Shown: one piece after another, positions 12,030-24,459 of the stretch
Layout: each line of letters starts with the position of its first letter
Position numbering within the stretch: the stretch's first letter is position 1
NCBI GenBank assembly: GCA_964016885.1
Contig: OZ024743.1
Coordinates: forward strand, 298,654,001-298,718,000
Reading direction: 5' to 3'
Source: Eledone cirrhosa
Taxonomy: Eukaryota
DNA: 64,000 bases
The notes under the pieces: generated by a model
Databases searched by the model: none
What the model was told of the DNA's origin: nothing
Seen by the model: the letters and a program-made list of their open reading frames with translations, nothing else
Made by a program: the position numbers and the translations under genes

Positions 12030-13113
12030 TTCTGGTTTTATAATTTCACAAATATTTGCCAATAGAGAGAGAGAGCCGGTTTCTAACATAGATACAAGAC
12101 TCTTTCATTGGAATTTAAACATCATCTAGGTAGATATGTATGCACGTCTGCATGCATGCTTGTATGTGCAGGTATGGATGTTATTGTATGTGCATGTGAA
12201 TATGCTTTGTATCTGTACATGTGTATATGCAGTTATTAGATGCTGAATTTTTGGAATGTTTTACATATTTCTACTGTTCCATTAATGGATTGTACTTGTA
12301 ATTTCCCAACTAGTCGTGTTCTTTCTGTTTCTGTGAAGCCCAGCTTCTCAAGATTTGTATTGAGGCAGTTACTAACATATCCCAGTGCGCCAATACTCAC
12401 ACGTATAAATCTGAAGTTATAGTCAAGGTGGAGTGACTGCAGATTTCTCATTAGTTCTGCATAGATATACTCCTTTTCGCTAATCTCTGACATATTGGCA
12501 TCTGCTTGGCAGCTAACTTCAACTACTGTGAATGCCTTCTTTTCTCTGTCCTATATCATTATATCTGGTCTGTTATGCCTGAATTTTATTGGGGTTTTTA
12601 CTGGAACATTCCACCAGCACTCTTTCATATTATGTATATGCATGTCTTCCACATTGCTGTAGCTTTTAATGTGTTTTTTATCGGGGCTATCTTTTCTACG
12701 GATTGTATTGTACAGTGTTTTGGCCACCACATCATGCCTCATAGGTAGATAGCACCGCGATTAAATCTTTGGACAGATGCTTATGACATGGGTGACATCT
12801 TCGATGTTAATTCTGCAGAGTCTGCATTTGTTGTCACATCTAGGTCTTTTGCCTGCATTCCTATCTATTTTGTGTTGATTTCCTGTTCTTGGATTGCAAA
12901 AGCGTATCCTTCAAAGTAGGAGCCAATATATCGGTTGTTGGTCCAAGATAGACTACTTGCTTATGTATTTTACACTCACTCTGGAACTTCCTGGCAGCAT
13001 ATGCATTCATGATATTTTGGTGATAAGCATGCAGCTTTTGGATTCACTGCGGTACTGCTGGGGAATATCCCTGGGTGTGAGTTTTTGATTATCATGCAGG
13101 GAATATCTTTCAA
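12030..13113 (-). mobile_element. 5'-truncated Dong/R4-type LINE, family B
   Basis: Homologous to 45715-46823 and frameshifted. The 3' end runs into ACATACATAC. Confidence 0.9.
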
Positions 13114-13192
13114 GTAAAGACTCGGTCTATAAAGACCCGTTCAACCCTTGCTAGCAGAGAAAGTAGGTTTTACATGATGATAACGATGACGA

Positions 13193-13251
<59 letters not shown>

Positions 13252-13255
<4 letters not shown>

Positions 13256-13430
13256 AAAAGGTATGACCCCGACGGCAGAGCGCAAGTCGTTTCGACGGCT
13301 ATAATAGCCGTCGAAACGGCTTGAGCTCTGCCGTCGGGGTCATACTTTTTCCTATTACCCACTCTACTACCCTAAGTATTGAGTACTCTGGTGCGTTATG
13401 GTCCATCCGTTCCTTACCACAATTCCTTCG

Positions 13431-13432
<2 letters not shown>
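13252..13432 (+). repeat. ~50-bp-arm foldback (13252-13354) plus unpaired tail, embedded in (TA)n
   Basis: TAGGAAAAGGTATGACCCCGACGGCAGAGC...GCTCTGCCGTCGGGGTCATACTTTTTCCTA. Confidence 0.9.
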
Positions 13433-13524
<92 letters not shown>

Positions 13525-14280
13525 TTCGTTTCTGAATTTGTTTAGCAAGATTCTTTATCTGAAAACGTGTGTTGAAACCGATATTGTTATGCTTTGGGAG
13601 GGTCATGTTGCCAATAAGAAACACACGTACCAATTGCTTTCACTTCAATTTATTATAAATTAAATTTATAAATTAGGAATTTATAAATTTCCGGTTGGTT
13701 GGTTGGTTCCACAACCAGACCATTGTTCATATATTGTCAAAGTTCTTTAGTCACACATTCTGTGACCTCTTCAGTGACTGGGGATTATTTTTTTTGTTTT
13801 TGTGCCTCTCCTTTGTTCTGTCCTACGCCATCTTGTTTTTGTGTGTGTTGTGTGCTTAGTTTGCGCATTTGTTACATCCGGGTGTTTGTGTGTGTTCACC
13901 TTTGTTTATTTATTTGTTTATTTACATGTTACTAGTTGGTTGTTTGTTCTATGTGTGCGTGTTTTCATTTTGTCCTTAATTGTAAGTTGTGATGTTGCTA
14001 TTCCATTCATGGAACATCACAACTTACAATTAAGGACAAAATGAAAACACACACACACATAGAACAAACAACGAACCAGTAACATGTAAATAAACAAATA
14101 AATAAACAAATATAAACACACACAGACACCCGGATGTAACACATGCGCAAACTAAGCACACAACACACACAAAAACAAGATGGCGTAGGACAGAACAAAG
14201 GAGAGGCACAAAACCAAAGAAAAGAATCCCCAGTCAATGAAGAGGTCACAGAATGTGTGACGAAAGAACTTTGACAATAT
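13525..14280 (-). mobile_element. Penelope-like terminal segment with inverted duplication (arms ~13731-13998 and ~14013-14280)
   Basis: Homologous to 2118-2540. Each ~270-bp inverted arm carries the hammerhead motif, and a ~200-bp unpaired tail ends at (TA)n. Confidence 0.85.
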
Positions 14281-15629
14281 ATGTTTGGGACAGAAAAGAT
14301 AAGCAATGTGTATTGTTATAAAGGTTAACCTCCACACGGATGTAAAGGTTTCTTTCAAAATAAGCAAGAAAAAGAATATTTATGAACAACTTCGAAACCT
14401 ATAGTTTCTCTACTTAGATTATAATTTCATATTTTAATGATAATCACTTTTACACTGGGTTATTCTATTTTACTCAAAAAGCTGGGATTTCCAGGGGAAG
14501 TGATCAGTTAACACGGCTTTGTAAATTCAACCTGTAAGTAGAACAGTGAACATATTCAAGACTATTCTAAAATTCAAAATGTAACCCATAACCAGCGTTG
14601 TTGTACACATTCTAGCTTTAGAACTTTGATTCCTTTTTTTAAATCAGCCCATTCTCCATAGGAATAATTTAAAGAATTAAATAAAAGATAAACTACATAC
14701 GTAAACGTATAATTTTGTCACAAGGCAAGACAAGTAAATGTGACAGTAGCTTCTGTATCTTTGTTATTTAGATGAGAAAAACTTGATGGGAAGAAAGAAG
14801 AAAACAAGAAAAGTATGAAAAAAATAAAAAAAGCAAATAAATCAATAAAAATAAATAGAAAATATAATAAGGAAGCATTGTAAAGAATTACTGCTAATGT
14901 ATTCATAAAAATTACTAAAAAAAAATGACAAACTAAAACGATTTTATTTTCTCAAATTCCAATTCACATGATTAGGAAAAACTATTTTGAATGACACGCG
15001 TTAAAACAACACAAATAGACGATCACAAATACATACATACTCACATATTCACACATACAAACACCCTTACAATGAATGAGATGCTATATTTGTCTTGGAA
15101 GCTCTTTAGCAAACCTCCGAGGATGGGGTAATGCTTCTAATTTACTGAAACACGCGAATCTCTCGTTTTAGCATTGGACCCTGAACTAAAGATGAGTCGG
15201 AAGAATTGGAACGGGAATAGTGATGGGTGCTTATAGATTCAAATAGACAAAAATAAATCCTAGAATAAATAGAATTAAGCAAAATCATTAAAAAACTGTA
15301 TATTATACAACATATCTTTTAGTTCTTTTATTGTTTTGATTAAAGAAAAAACAAAACGAACTAAAATCTCTTTTAAAATGCCCAACTTCAAAATAGATTT
15401 AAAGTATTTAGCTCAACTATGAGAGAAAACTAAATAAAATAAAAGGGCAACGGACCGAAAATCGTAAAATAGATATTGTGAAAATAAATTTAACCCAAGA
15501 ATATTTTAAGTAAAACAGTAAAGATTATGATGTATTGGCTATAGAAACAGAGGAAAAATAGAAGAGAGATATGATATGAATTTGTATAAGGCGGTGATTT
15601 AAGTCAAATAATATTTTAAAACGTTTTTA

Positions 15630-15940
15630 CTGGCCCTCCGTTGGTTACGACAATGAGTGTTCTAGTTGATACGATCAACGGAACAGTCTGCTCATGGAAT
15701 TAACGTGCAAATTACTGAGCATTCACAGACACGGGAACTTTTAACGTAGTTATCAAGGAGATTCAGTGTTACAGAATGTGACAACGCTGGCCCTTCAAAT
15801 TACAGGTACAAATCATTTTTGCCAGCTAGTGAACGTAAAATAAAATGTCCTGCTGAAGGACAAAACGCACCGTCTGGAATGGATTTCATGACCTTACGAT
15901 CGTAAGCCTAATACTCAAGACACTAAGCCATGTGCCTTCT
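15630..15940 (-). mobile_element. tRNA-derived CORE-type SINE, decayed
   Basis: Minus-strand head GAAGGCACATGGCTTAGTG followed by a TGTCCTT..GCAGGACA CORE-like segment. Confidence 0.6.
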
Positions 15941-16171
15941 TAAATGATTTTCTGCTTATTACTGACAGACGGACATACTGAAATATATGCAGAACTAGGT
16001 GTGCTGTTGAAACGACACTTTATAATACTATAAAGAGATAAAATAGTTTTTCTGAATCTCAACTCAAGGTCACTGACATTGGAAGGAAAAGATCGAATAA
16101 TAATTTTGCTTCAATTAAGGCTTGTTCGGACCTTAACCACGCTAAAAACCTCTGATATATATTTCTGATAT

Positions 16172-16244
<73 letters not shown>

Positions 16245-16944
16245 ATAAATATATATATATATAAATATATTGATTTAGGAGCCGCAGAAACCCAAATACT
16301 GGATTTTACCAACCTTCCAGGGGTCCGGGTAAATTTTCAATCACAGATATTTTTTATTTGTTTGACCCGAATTACTTGATCGTTTTTTTGGCTATGCGAA
16401 TGATTGTTTAACCATCATCTCAGTGTGTTTGGCTTTTAACGTTTGTTATAGCTCTGGTTCATCTTAATCATTGAGCACTTGCCACACATCTCGGAGGTTG
16501 TTTTTCGTTATTTCGTGGGCCGAAATGCGATTCTCGATAATTTATGTTTGTTTATATATATATATATATTATAGCCTCTACCTTTCAAATTCTGAAATTT
16601 AATACTTAAAAAAAGAAACGAAAAATACACCCTAACTTTTATAGTTGGTTCTTTCAAATTGCCACAGTTTTTAGGATGCTGTCAACTAAAGCTTTTGCAT
16701 TTTGAAACTTCACACGACCATTAGCCAATGTTAAAATGTTCCTGGTGTGAAAAGGAAATCTTATAGCGGTTCACTTATGAAAGTCTTTTGAACACTGAAA
16801 ATTTTGAACAAAATACTACGTTTTAATTCTTTATACTCATGTTTGGGGATTCCGAGAGCAACACTTAACATTTCGTAGATTTCTGCAGAATCGTTAGAGC
16901 GTCGGACGAAAATACTTTGCTGCAATTGTTCTGAGATTTTGCAT

Positions 16945-17205
16945 TCTGAGTTCAAATCACACCAAGGTCAACTCTGTCTTTCGTCCTTCCGAAGTCAATA
17001 ATATAACGTAGTAAAGTACTGGTTCGAATTAATCGACAAAAGTAATGTTTTTGTTTGCCTAAATTAGTAATGATTTGGGTATTTCGTTCAAGTTATTTAT
17101 ATTCCAAGTTCAAATCTCACCGAGGTTAACTTTGCTGGGGTCGATTTAATCGACGTTGCCCTCTTCCAAAATTGTTGGCCTTGTGCCTAAATCAGAAACC
17201 CTTAT
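16945..17205 (+). mobile_element. Two decayed fragments of the Meta-type SINE
   Basis: TGAGTTCAAAT B-box, TTTCGTCCTTCCGAAGTCAATAA central domain and GGCCTTGTGCCTAAATCAGAAACC tail. Confidence 0.7.
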
Positions 17206-17390
17206 TTAATACACAACACATGATGTACACTGTTTCGAATAATTTCTATCAACTGATATTAACACTGGGACAAGATATACATTTATATTTTGATACATTT
17301 TTTTAATGCTTGTATGAAGTAAAAACGACTTGTAAGTAATACTGCTTGTACATCCAATCAACATATTTACTCACCATTATCACTTGTAAT

Positions 17391-17576
17391 GGCGGTGGAT
17401 TAGCAGTATCGGTAGAGGATCGGACGCCATGCTTTGAAGCATAGAGTTACCTCCCTTTATGATCTGAGTTCAAATTCCGCCGAAGTTAACTTTGCCTTTC
17501 ATCCTTACGGGGTCGATAAAATAAAGTACCAGTAATGCACTGGGTAATTGCTGGCCTTGTGCCAAAAGTAGAAACA
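17391..17576 (+). mobile_element. Full-length tRNA-derived SINE (Meta-like central domain) with 15-bp TSD
   Basis: A/B boxes (TAGCAGTATCGG; GAGTTCAAATTC) and GCCTTTCATCCTTACGGGGTCGATAAAATAAAGTACCAG. TSD ATTATCACTTGTAAT at 17376-17390 and 17577-17591. Confidence 0.9.
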
Positions 17577-19599
17577 ATTATCACTTGTAATAGAAGAACA
17601 TTTAGAATCCCTGTTATTTAATCCGGCTCTCTGCTTTCTGATTTCCATTCCACCAATTCAGGATCAATAAAAAAAAGTATTATCTCAAAGCAGTGGATGG
17701 ACAGAATTGTTTGAGAGACGCACATAATTGTTTGTGATATCTTTTCCGGATCTTTGAGTTCTGAGTTCGTCTGCGACGTCACTGCTACCAAGCTATATTG
17801 GCCTTTTAAACAACATCGGAGGTATGGATAGGGTAGACCTGCTGGTTTTTAACCTAAAAAACTTTGCCTAGGCCTATACCTTGCACAGGTGGAAATACAT
17901 TGTCGCACAAGCCAAGGGGAGTCTGGAAATGGGAAACATGAATAAGAGAGGATGCGATTTGTTGGCCATTTAGCGACTACGTTTTAGTAGCTAACTTGGG
18001 CTAAGTTATATAACGTAGTCCTAAAATAAGATGCAATGATCTTGGCTAGAACATATTTGATCATACATCTACTCGACCAGTATTGACACAAGGCTATAAA
18101 ATAACAATAAAAACCATCACAACAACAATAGCATCGATAGCGGAAGATGCAACAGAATGTGAACCGACTCATTATCTTCTAAATCAATAGTGGTTCTATT
18201 TAAAGACAAAACTTGACTTTTATACGACATTTGTAAACACTTCATGAATAATTATGTTCTATATTTATTGTTTTTTTATTCTTCAGATATTCTTAGATGA
18301 AAATGTCCATTGTAAAAAATCTTGCATGTCTATAAGTCCTGGAAGTCAAAATGTCAAAATGCTAATATTAAACGTCTAAAAACAAAGTGCCTTTTGATAA
18401 AGTCGTTGACAAATTCTCACATCTTGAATGTACTAAATTACTTAAATAAACAAGAAATATAGGAATAGTGAAGTAATAACGAAACACTATATAAACGAAC
18501 TACTAATCCACATTAAAAGAAGGAAGGAAATAAGTTTCCTGTAATATTCCTGTAATTATACTTCTCTTCAGCAACATGCATTATTATTTTAATAACACCG
18601 TTTCATTTTCTTCCATATTTTAATCATATAGTTTAATAATTGATTGTTCCGTTATCAGATCTTAATCATCATCTATTATTTCACACCTGTTTAACGTTTT
18701 ACACATTTTCTCTAAGAAATGAGACAACAATATCCTATTTACTACATTTTAGTCATGAGCATGCAGATATGTGTGAGTGTACGTGTGTGGGCCTGTGTGT
18801 GTATGTATGTATGTGTGTGTTTGTGTGTGAGTATGTGTGTGTGTGTCTGTGTATATGCATGTGTATGTATGTGTCTGTGTACATGTATGTGTGTATGTGT
18901 GTTAGTATGTGTATGTGTGCATGTGTGTACTTGTATATGTGTGTGTATGTTTGTGTGTGAATGAGTGTGTGCTTCTGTGTGTATGTGTGCGCATGTATGT
19001 GTGTGAGATAGATATATAGATAGAGTGAGAGAGAGAGAGAAAGAGAGAGAGTGAGAGAGGGAGAGAGGGAGAGAGAGTGTGTGTGTGTGTGTATGTGTGA
19101 GTGTCTCTCTGTGTGTATTTGTGTGAATCATTGCCAACTTTTCATTTTGTTTAAATTGAACTTTCTTTCCTTTATCGTTCATTTCAAATGGAAAGACTAT
19201 TTGTGATTAAGAAATAGAATGATTGGTTATGAGAAATAACGTGATGTGAACACATATAAATTTGTGTGATTGCGCGCGCACACACACACACACACACATA
19301 TATATACATATATATGTGTGTGTGTGTATATATATGTATATATGAATAAATACATATACACACACACATTCATGTGTATGTGTATATGTATGTAAATCTA
19401 AGGATATACGTCTCTCTCCCTTCCCCTCTCGCTTCATCTACCTCTACCTCTAACTTTCTCTTCATGTATGTGTATATGTGTACACGTGTGTTTTAATCTG
19501 GGGTGTTTGCATATAATAAATATATATATAAATAATATAAACACCCCCGATTAAAACACACGTGTACACATATATTCATACATATAAAAACATGGGGAG

Positions 19600-19690
<91 letters not shown>

Positions 19691-19899
19691 GAGAATTCTC
19701 AAGGAACTAAATGGCTGAAAGATAATATTCATCTTTCATCGTTGTTAAAGTGATTAAATCAATCATTTGAAGAAATATGGTGGCTTAGTTAGAAAGTCAG
19801 AAGAAAGCACTGGGTTATTAGACAGCCTCAAAATTTTACCGCCTACTCCACCTTTGGCATAACCTGTACTACATTTCTAAAGGTCTAGTAGACACCGTG

Positions 19900-20180
19900 A
19901 AGGCACGTGATTTTGTGGTTTAGGCACTGAGCTTAGGTTCGGAAGATTGTAAGTTCGATTATCTAACCGGACGATGCATTGTAACCTTGAACAAGACCCT
20001 TTATTTCACGTTGCTCCAGTTCATGCAGCTGGGAAAAAATGAGTTGTGACGACACTGGTGCCAAGTTATCTCAGCCTTTACTTTTCTCTTGGACAACGTC
20101 GGTGTAATTTCGAGAAGAGACTTATATGCATGGGTGACCCTAGAAAACACCCTGTCCAGGTTTGTGCTTCCGAGAGGCTA
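19900..20180 (+). mobile_element. tRNA-derived CORE-type SINE
   Basis: tRNA-like head with GTTCGA and TGTAACCTTGAACAAGAC. The body is shared with 29460-29795 and 34810-35095. Confidence 0.7.
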
Positions 20181-21755
20181 CCCCATGATCAATTAATCAT
20201 AGGTGGATAACCCATAGCCAAGCAGGAGCGAAGGGAAAGAGGGTGGGCCCTTCCATCCTTTATTATATATTTCCAATGCAACGCCCTTGTTAACAGTGTG
20301 ATCTTGCCCCCCCCCCCCCCCAACAAAAAAGACCCACCCACAATGGCTACCTGTGGATAGAACACGAGTCAACAGGCAATATTCTACGTCGTCACTAGAC
20401 ATACTAGAAATATGAGAAAAACTTAACCCAATCACACCCTTCCGTCTTAGCAAAGAATAACATATTGGATAATATCGTCGAGGGCGAATTGTGCTTGGGA
20501 AATAGACAGAGTTGTCTTTGCTTGAATGACGTAGATAATAAGTCAGCTCGATCAGTGTTGACCTGAGACTAAACTGCAGCAGGAGCAATAGTTTCAACCA
20601 CCAGTAATACCATGTGTACACGAGTGAGCCACTATATGGTCACTTGGGATGCTAGAAACAGCAGCTTATTTCCCCTTTTCATTGCACACCATTAAATTTT
20701 AAATAAGGAAAGGAATAAGAAAACGTAGTCTTAGATGCATTTTCCAAAAAGTAGAATGGTCTCGACTGGAATGCCTTTGGCGTGGAGTTAAACAACTACA
20801 ACACTGAAGACTATTACGAGTAGCGGCCGAAAATCTATAAAATATCTACTGCCACAAAGGAGATATTGGATAACGTAGTCTGATATGCACAATGCCTAGA
20901 AAAAAATGGGACGGCCACAGCTACTTTGCCTCTAACCATAGCTCAACTCTATGAGGGTTAACCAGAGGATAAGCAACGACAACAAAACATCAGAAAATGA
21001 GAGAATCTGTAAGCTGTCTCTCGATCATATATAAGTAACAGTCGAGATCCTGCTATTAAAAAATGAAGAAAATAAAATATTAGAGGTCATTTGGCTAAAC
21101 AATATACTTGTGGCATCAGTTAGTCTCGCGAGACCATGGATTTGTATCCTGCACTTTAGTCTTGTTAGCAGAGCAGCGTCTGCTGTAGCTGGGGGCCTTT
21201 AGTGGAGTTCACACTCTTGCAAAGTTTCGGGCCACGACTCCGGTGCAAGGATACTTTCTTTCATCATTCCGAGCAGTCGCGGAGGTCCCGAGGATGGTAC
21301 ATGAATATTGAACTTATTTCCCTTACTAAACAGTAAAAAAGCGAAAGAAAAAAGAAATGTGTTTCTGTGTGTATGTACGTGTAAATCTGAAAGGCAGAAC
21401 AGGGCTTCACACGTATAATTGCCTTCATTAAGTTTTGTAAATTTGTGTGGCTTTTGATTTGCTTTGCTTTTGTTTACTCTAATCAAATCTTCATTCCTTA
21501 GAGAATTTAGAATATTTCCCGCGGTCTGATTTTGTCATTAACATTGCATTCGTTTTCTGTGAGAATAGAAATAGAAATTGTCAGATTAAATGAAATAATA
21601 ACAAAAAAACCATAACAGAAGGGACGACAAGAACTATAACAACAATAACAGACATAACAAAAATGGCTAAAACAACTACAAGATAAGAAAAATAAGTAGA
21701 AAAGTAAGTAAGAGATGAGTAAAAGGGGAACAACATCAAGGTGAAATTATTATTA

Positions 21756-21963
21756 GATTGGCAGTATCGGTAGAGAGTCTGACACCATTCTTTGTAGCAT
21801 AGAGTTACGGCCCTTTATGATCTGAGTTCAAATCCCGCCGAGGTAAACTTTGCCTTTCATCCTTGCGGGGTCGATAAAATAAAGTACCAGTCACGCACTG
21901 GAGTCGATTTAATCGACTTTCACCTCTCCCCAAATTGCTGGCCTTGTGCCTATATAAGAAACC
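21756..21963 (+). mobile_element. Meta-type SINE with (ATT)n on both sides
   Basis: Same family as 17391. The tail AGAAACC is followed by (ATT)n at 21964-22005. Confidence 0.9.
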
Positions 21964-22005
21964 ATTATTATTATTATTATTATTACTATTATTATTATTA
22001 TTATT

Positions 22006-24459
22006 GGTCTAATCGGACGTATTTTGCTCGCTCCCAGTAAGTCGCTATATTTGCCTGTTAAAATTATTTGTTGTTAAGCCCTTAGACTTTGCCCTGTGAA
22101 GGGCAAAGTATAATATTTGGACGTTTTGGCCCAAATATTTGAACTTTTTTTATATGTTAAACAATTTACGGAGAAAAAAAAAACATGGCTGAGCCACGCC
22201 CCCCCAACGATATGTTTGCTGTCGTGCGACAACGACGCAGACGTTGAGAGGAGCGCTACCACGAAATTAACACACATTGATAACACAAACACCACCACAA
22301 ACAATCTATACAAAGACACCAGTGATACCAATGAGAATTCTAATTTTGAAAAACATGTCAGTAACAGCGAGAACGAAAATACAGATAACAAAAAAACAAC
22401 AAAAACAAATGCAACAACAATATCAACACCACTAACATGAAAACAAATAGCGACAACTCCAACAGCAACATTACCAACTGCACCGAGAACAACGGTGGCA
22501 ACAAACACAACAATGATAACAACGACAGTGATAGCAACAATACCAACAAGAACAACGACAACGACAACAACACCCCCAACGAAAACAAGAAGAACACTTT
22601 CGCTGCGGCAGCAGCAAAAAAGAGGCCATGCTTCAACATGGACCTCTCAAACATAGATGAAAAGTTGGCCCAGGCATGGAAGCTCATCAAGCAAGAGCAA
22701 ACCTGGGCCAACTTAACTGTCCCAGTAGAAGCTATTGAGGCAGTGGAGCGCAGAACGGTGCATTATAGATGCATCTCAGCACAAACCAAAAGGGCAGCTT
22801 TAATCCCACAAGAAGATATCGAAGTCGCGCTGAGGTGCATCAGAGAAGACACCCAGTACATAGAGATGGGCAGACAATACGGCACCATTTCGGTGTTGTT
22901 CAAGTCAGAAGCCCTCGCTATGAAACACGCTATGACTCCTTGCAAAACCAGTAAGGTCATAATTTACCCCTCCCACATGGGAAAAAGAACGGCCCGTCTC
23001 CGCATTCCCAGAATCCCACCAGGACTTGACATGTGGTGGCTTCTGGGATGTGTGATTGTGGAGGGGAAGGATACCGTCCATATAGAAGTAACCAGAACGG
23101 CCAGAGTCGACTGGTCCGGGGTTGACCTGGAGATCCTTCTCCAGATCAGGCCCGAGAATGTGAAGACAATTCCGGACCACATCCGCCTTCAGAATGGGAC
23201 GGTCATTCACATTATGACCGAAGGCAAAAGGCCGCAGTGTTTTGTTTGTGGGGAAAACACCCATTTGCGAGCCTTCTGCCCTCAACTGCTGAAAGAGGCA
23301 AGGGGTCGAAAGGCTCCACTGCTGCCGACTCCGGAGCGAGGACCACAACCAACACCAGGACCGGCAAAACCACCAACAACAACACCAATAGAAAAACCAC
23401 CACCAACATTGACCACCCAAGGGGAAAACGAGGAAAGCTGTCAAATTCCCTCTCCCCCCCAAAATACACATACCAATAAAACCATAAACATACATACAGA
23501 CACACTTACAGACACAGACCCCTCATCTACCAATAGTGAAAATGAGGGAAATCCAAAATCCCCCAAAATACAAAAAAAGAAACACAAAAAGAAAAAAAAC
23601 TCAACAAAGCACAAAATCACCCACAATAAAAAACGCAGACACCACCCACGTAAACATCTCTCCAATAACACCAACATCAACACCACCATCACCATCACCA
23701 GAATCCCCCAAACGCAAACAACCGAGACAGATGCAAGGACAAATATACACACAAACATCTGAAACCACAGACACCGCACTCACAACAAACACAGATACAA
23801 CCGAAACAACACCACCAAAACCATCACCACCACAGCCACGCAAACAAATAAAATCACACCAACAAAACATACAAAACTTCGTGCTCGTCAGGAGGGCCAA
23901 CAAGAAACTGATGGCCCTCATAGCACGAAGTGAAAATATACAAAAAGAGGGGGACATTTTTAAATCGAGCACATTTTGCGTGCCGGAAGATTTGGTTCTG
24001 GTGCGAATGTCGCTCGACATATTCAAAGAAATACGAGACAGCTTTCCTCGGGACGTGGGAACCCCGAACGTAAAACCCACTTCAAGACTTTTAAAGTGGT
24101 TCCCAAAAGAAACCCCACCAACTATGGAGGTCGAACAACCCGACCTTTACAAGAGCCTGGAAAGTAAGTAAACCTTCCTCTCTCTCTGTTTAACCTGCCA
24201 ACATGGCCGCATTAAGAGTAGGATGTTTAAATGTTCGAGGCCTGGGATCGTCCTGGAAGCAAGGTCACCTGCTCAACGACCGCAGGTTTATAGAAATGGA
24301 TGTAATTGCAGATAGCGAGACCAGGATTTCCGACACGCGCGCACTAGCCCCCATTTTCGACGACTATCAGATCTTTGCATCTGTTAGCCGGCCGGGAATG
24401 GGAGGCGGAGTGGCAGTGCTGTTTAGGAAAGGCCTGGATCTCGAGGTAAGGTCGATCTT
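22006..24459 (+). mobile_element. Tx1/L1-clade LINE 5' portion: 5'UTR, frameshifted ORF1, start of ORF2 APE
   Basis: ORF1 has the CCHC knuckle CFVCGENTHLRAFC. ORF2 begins MAALRVGCLNVRGL...SETR...GGGVAVL and is homologous to 58093(-). Truncated at 24459. Confidence 0.9.

Noticed and set aside
16270-16550. Possible DNA-transposon fragments here and at 28605-28800 and 49480-49750
   Set aside because: I could not identify paired TIRs, TSDs or coding remnants.
17391-17480. tRNA genes suggested by A/B boxes
   Set aside because: No complete cloverleaf forms. These are SINE heads followed by conserved SINE bodies.
23560-23600. Programmed frameshift in Tx1 ORF1
   Set aside because: The frameshifts fall at different positions in the two copies (A-runs here, ~58420 in the other), consistent with decay or sequencing error.
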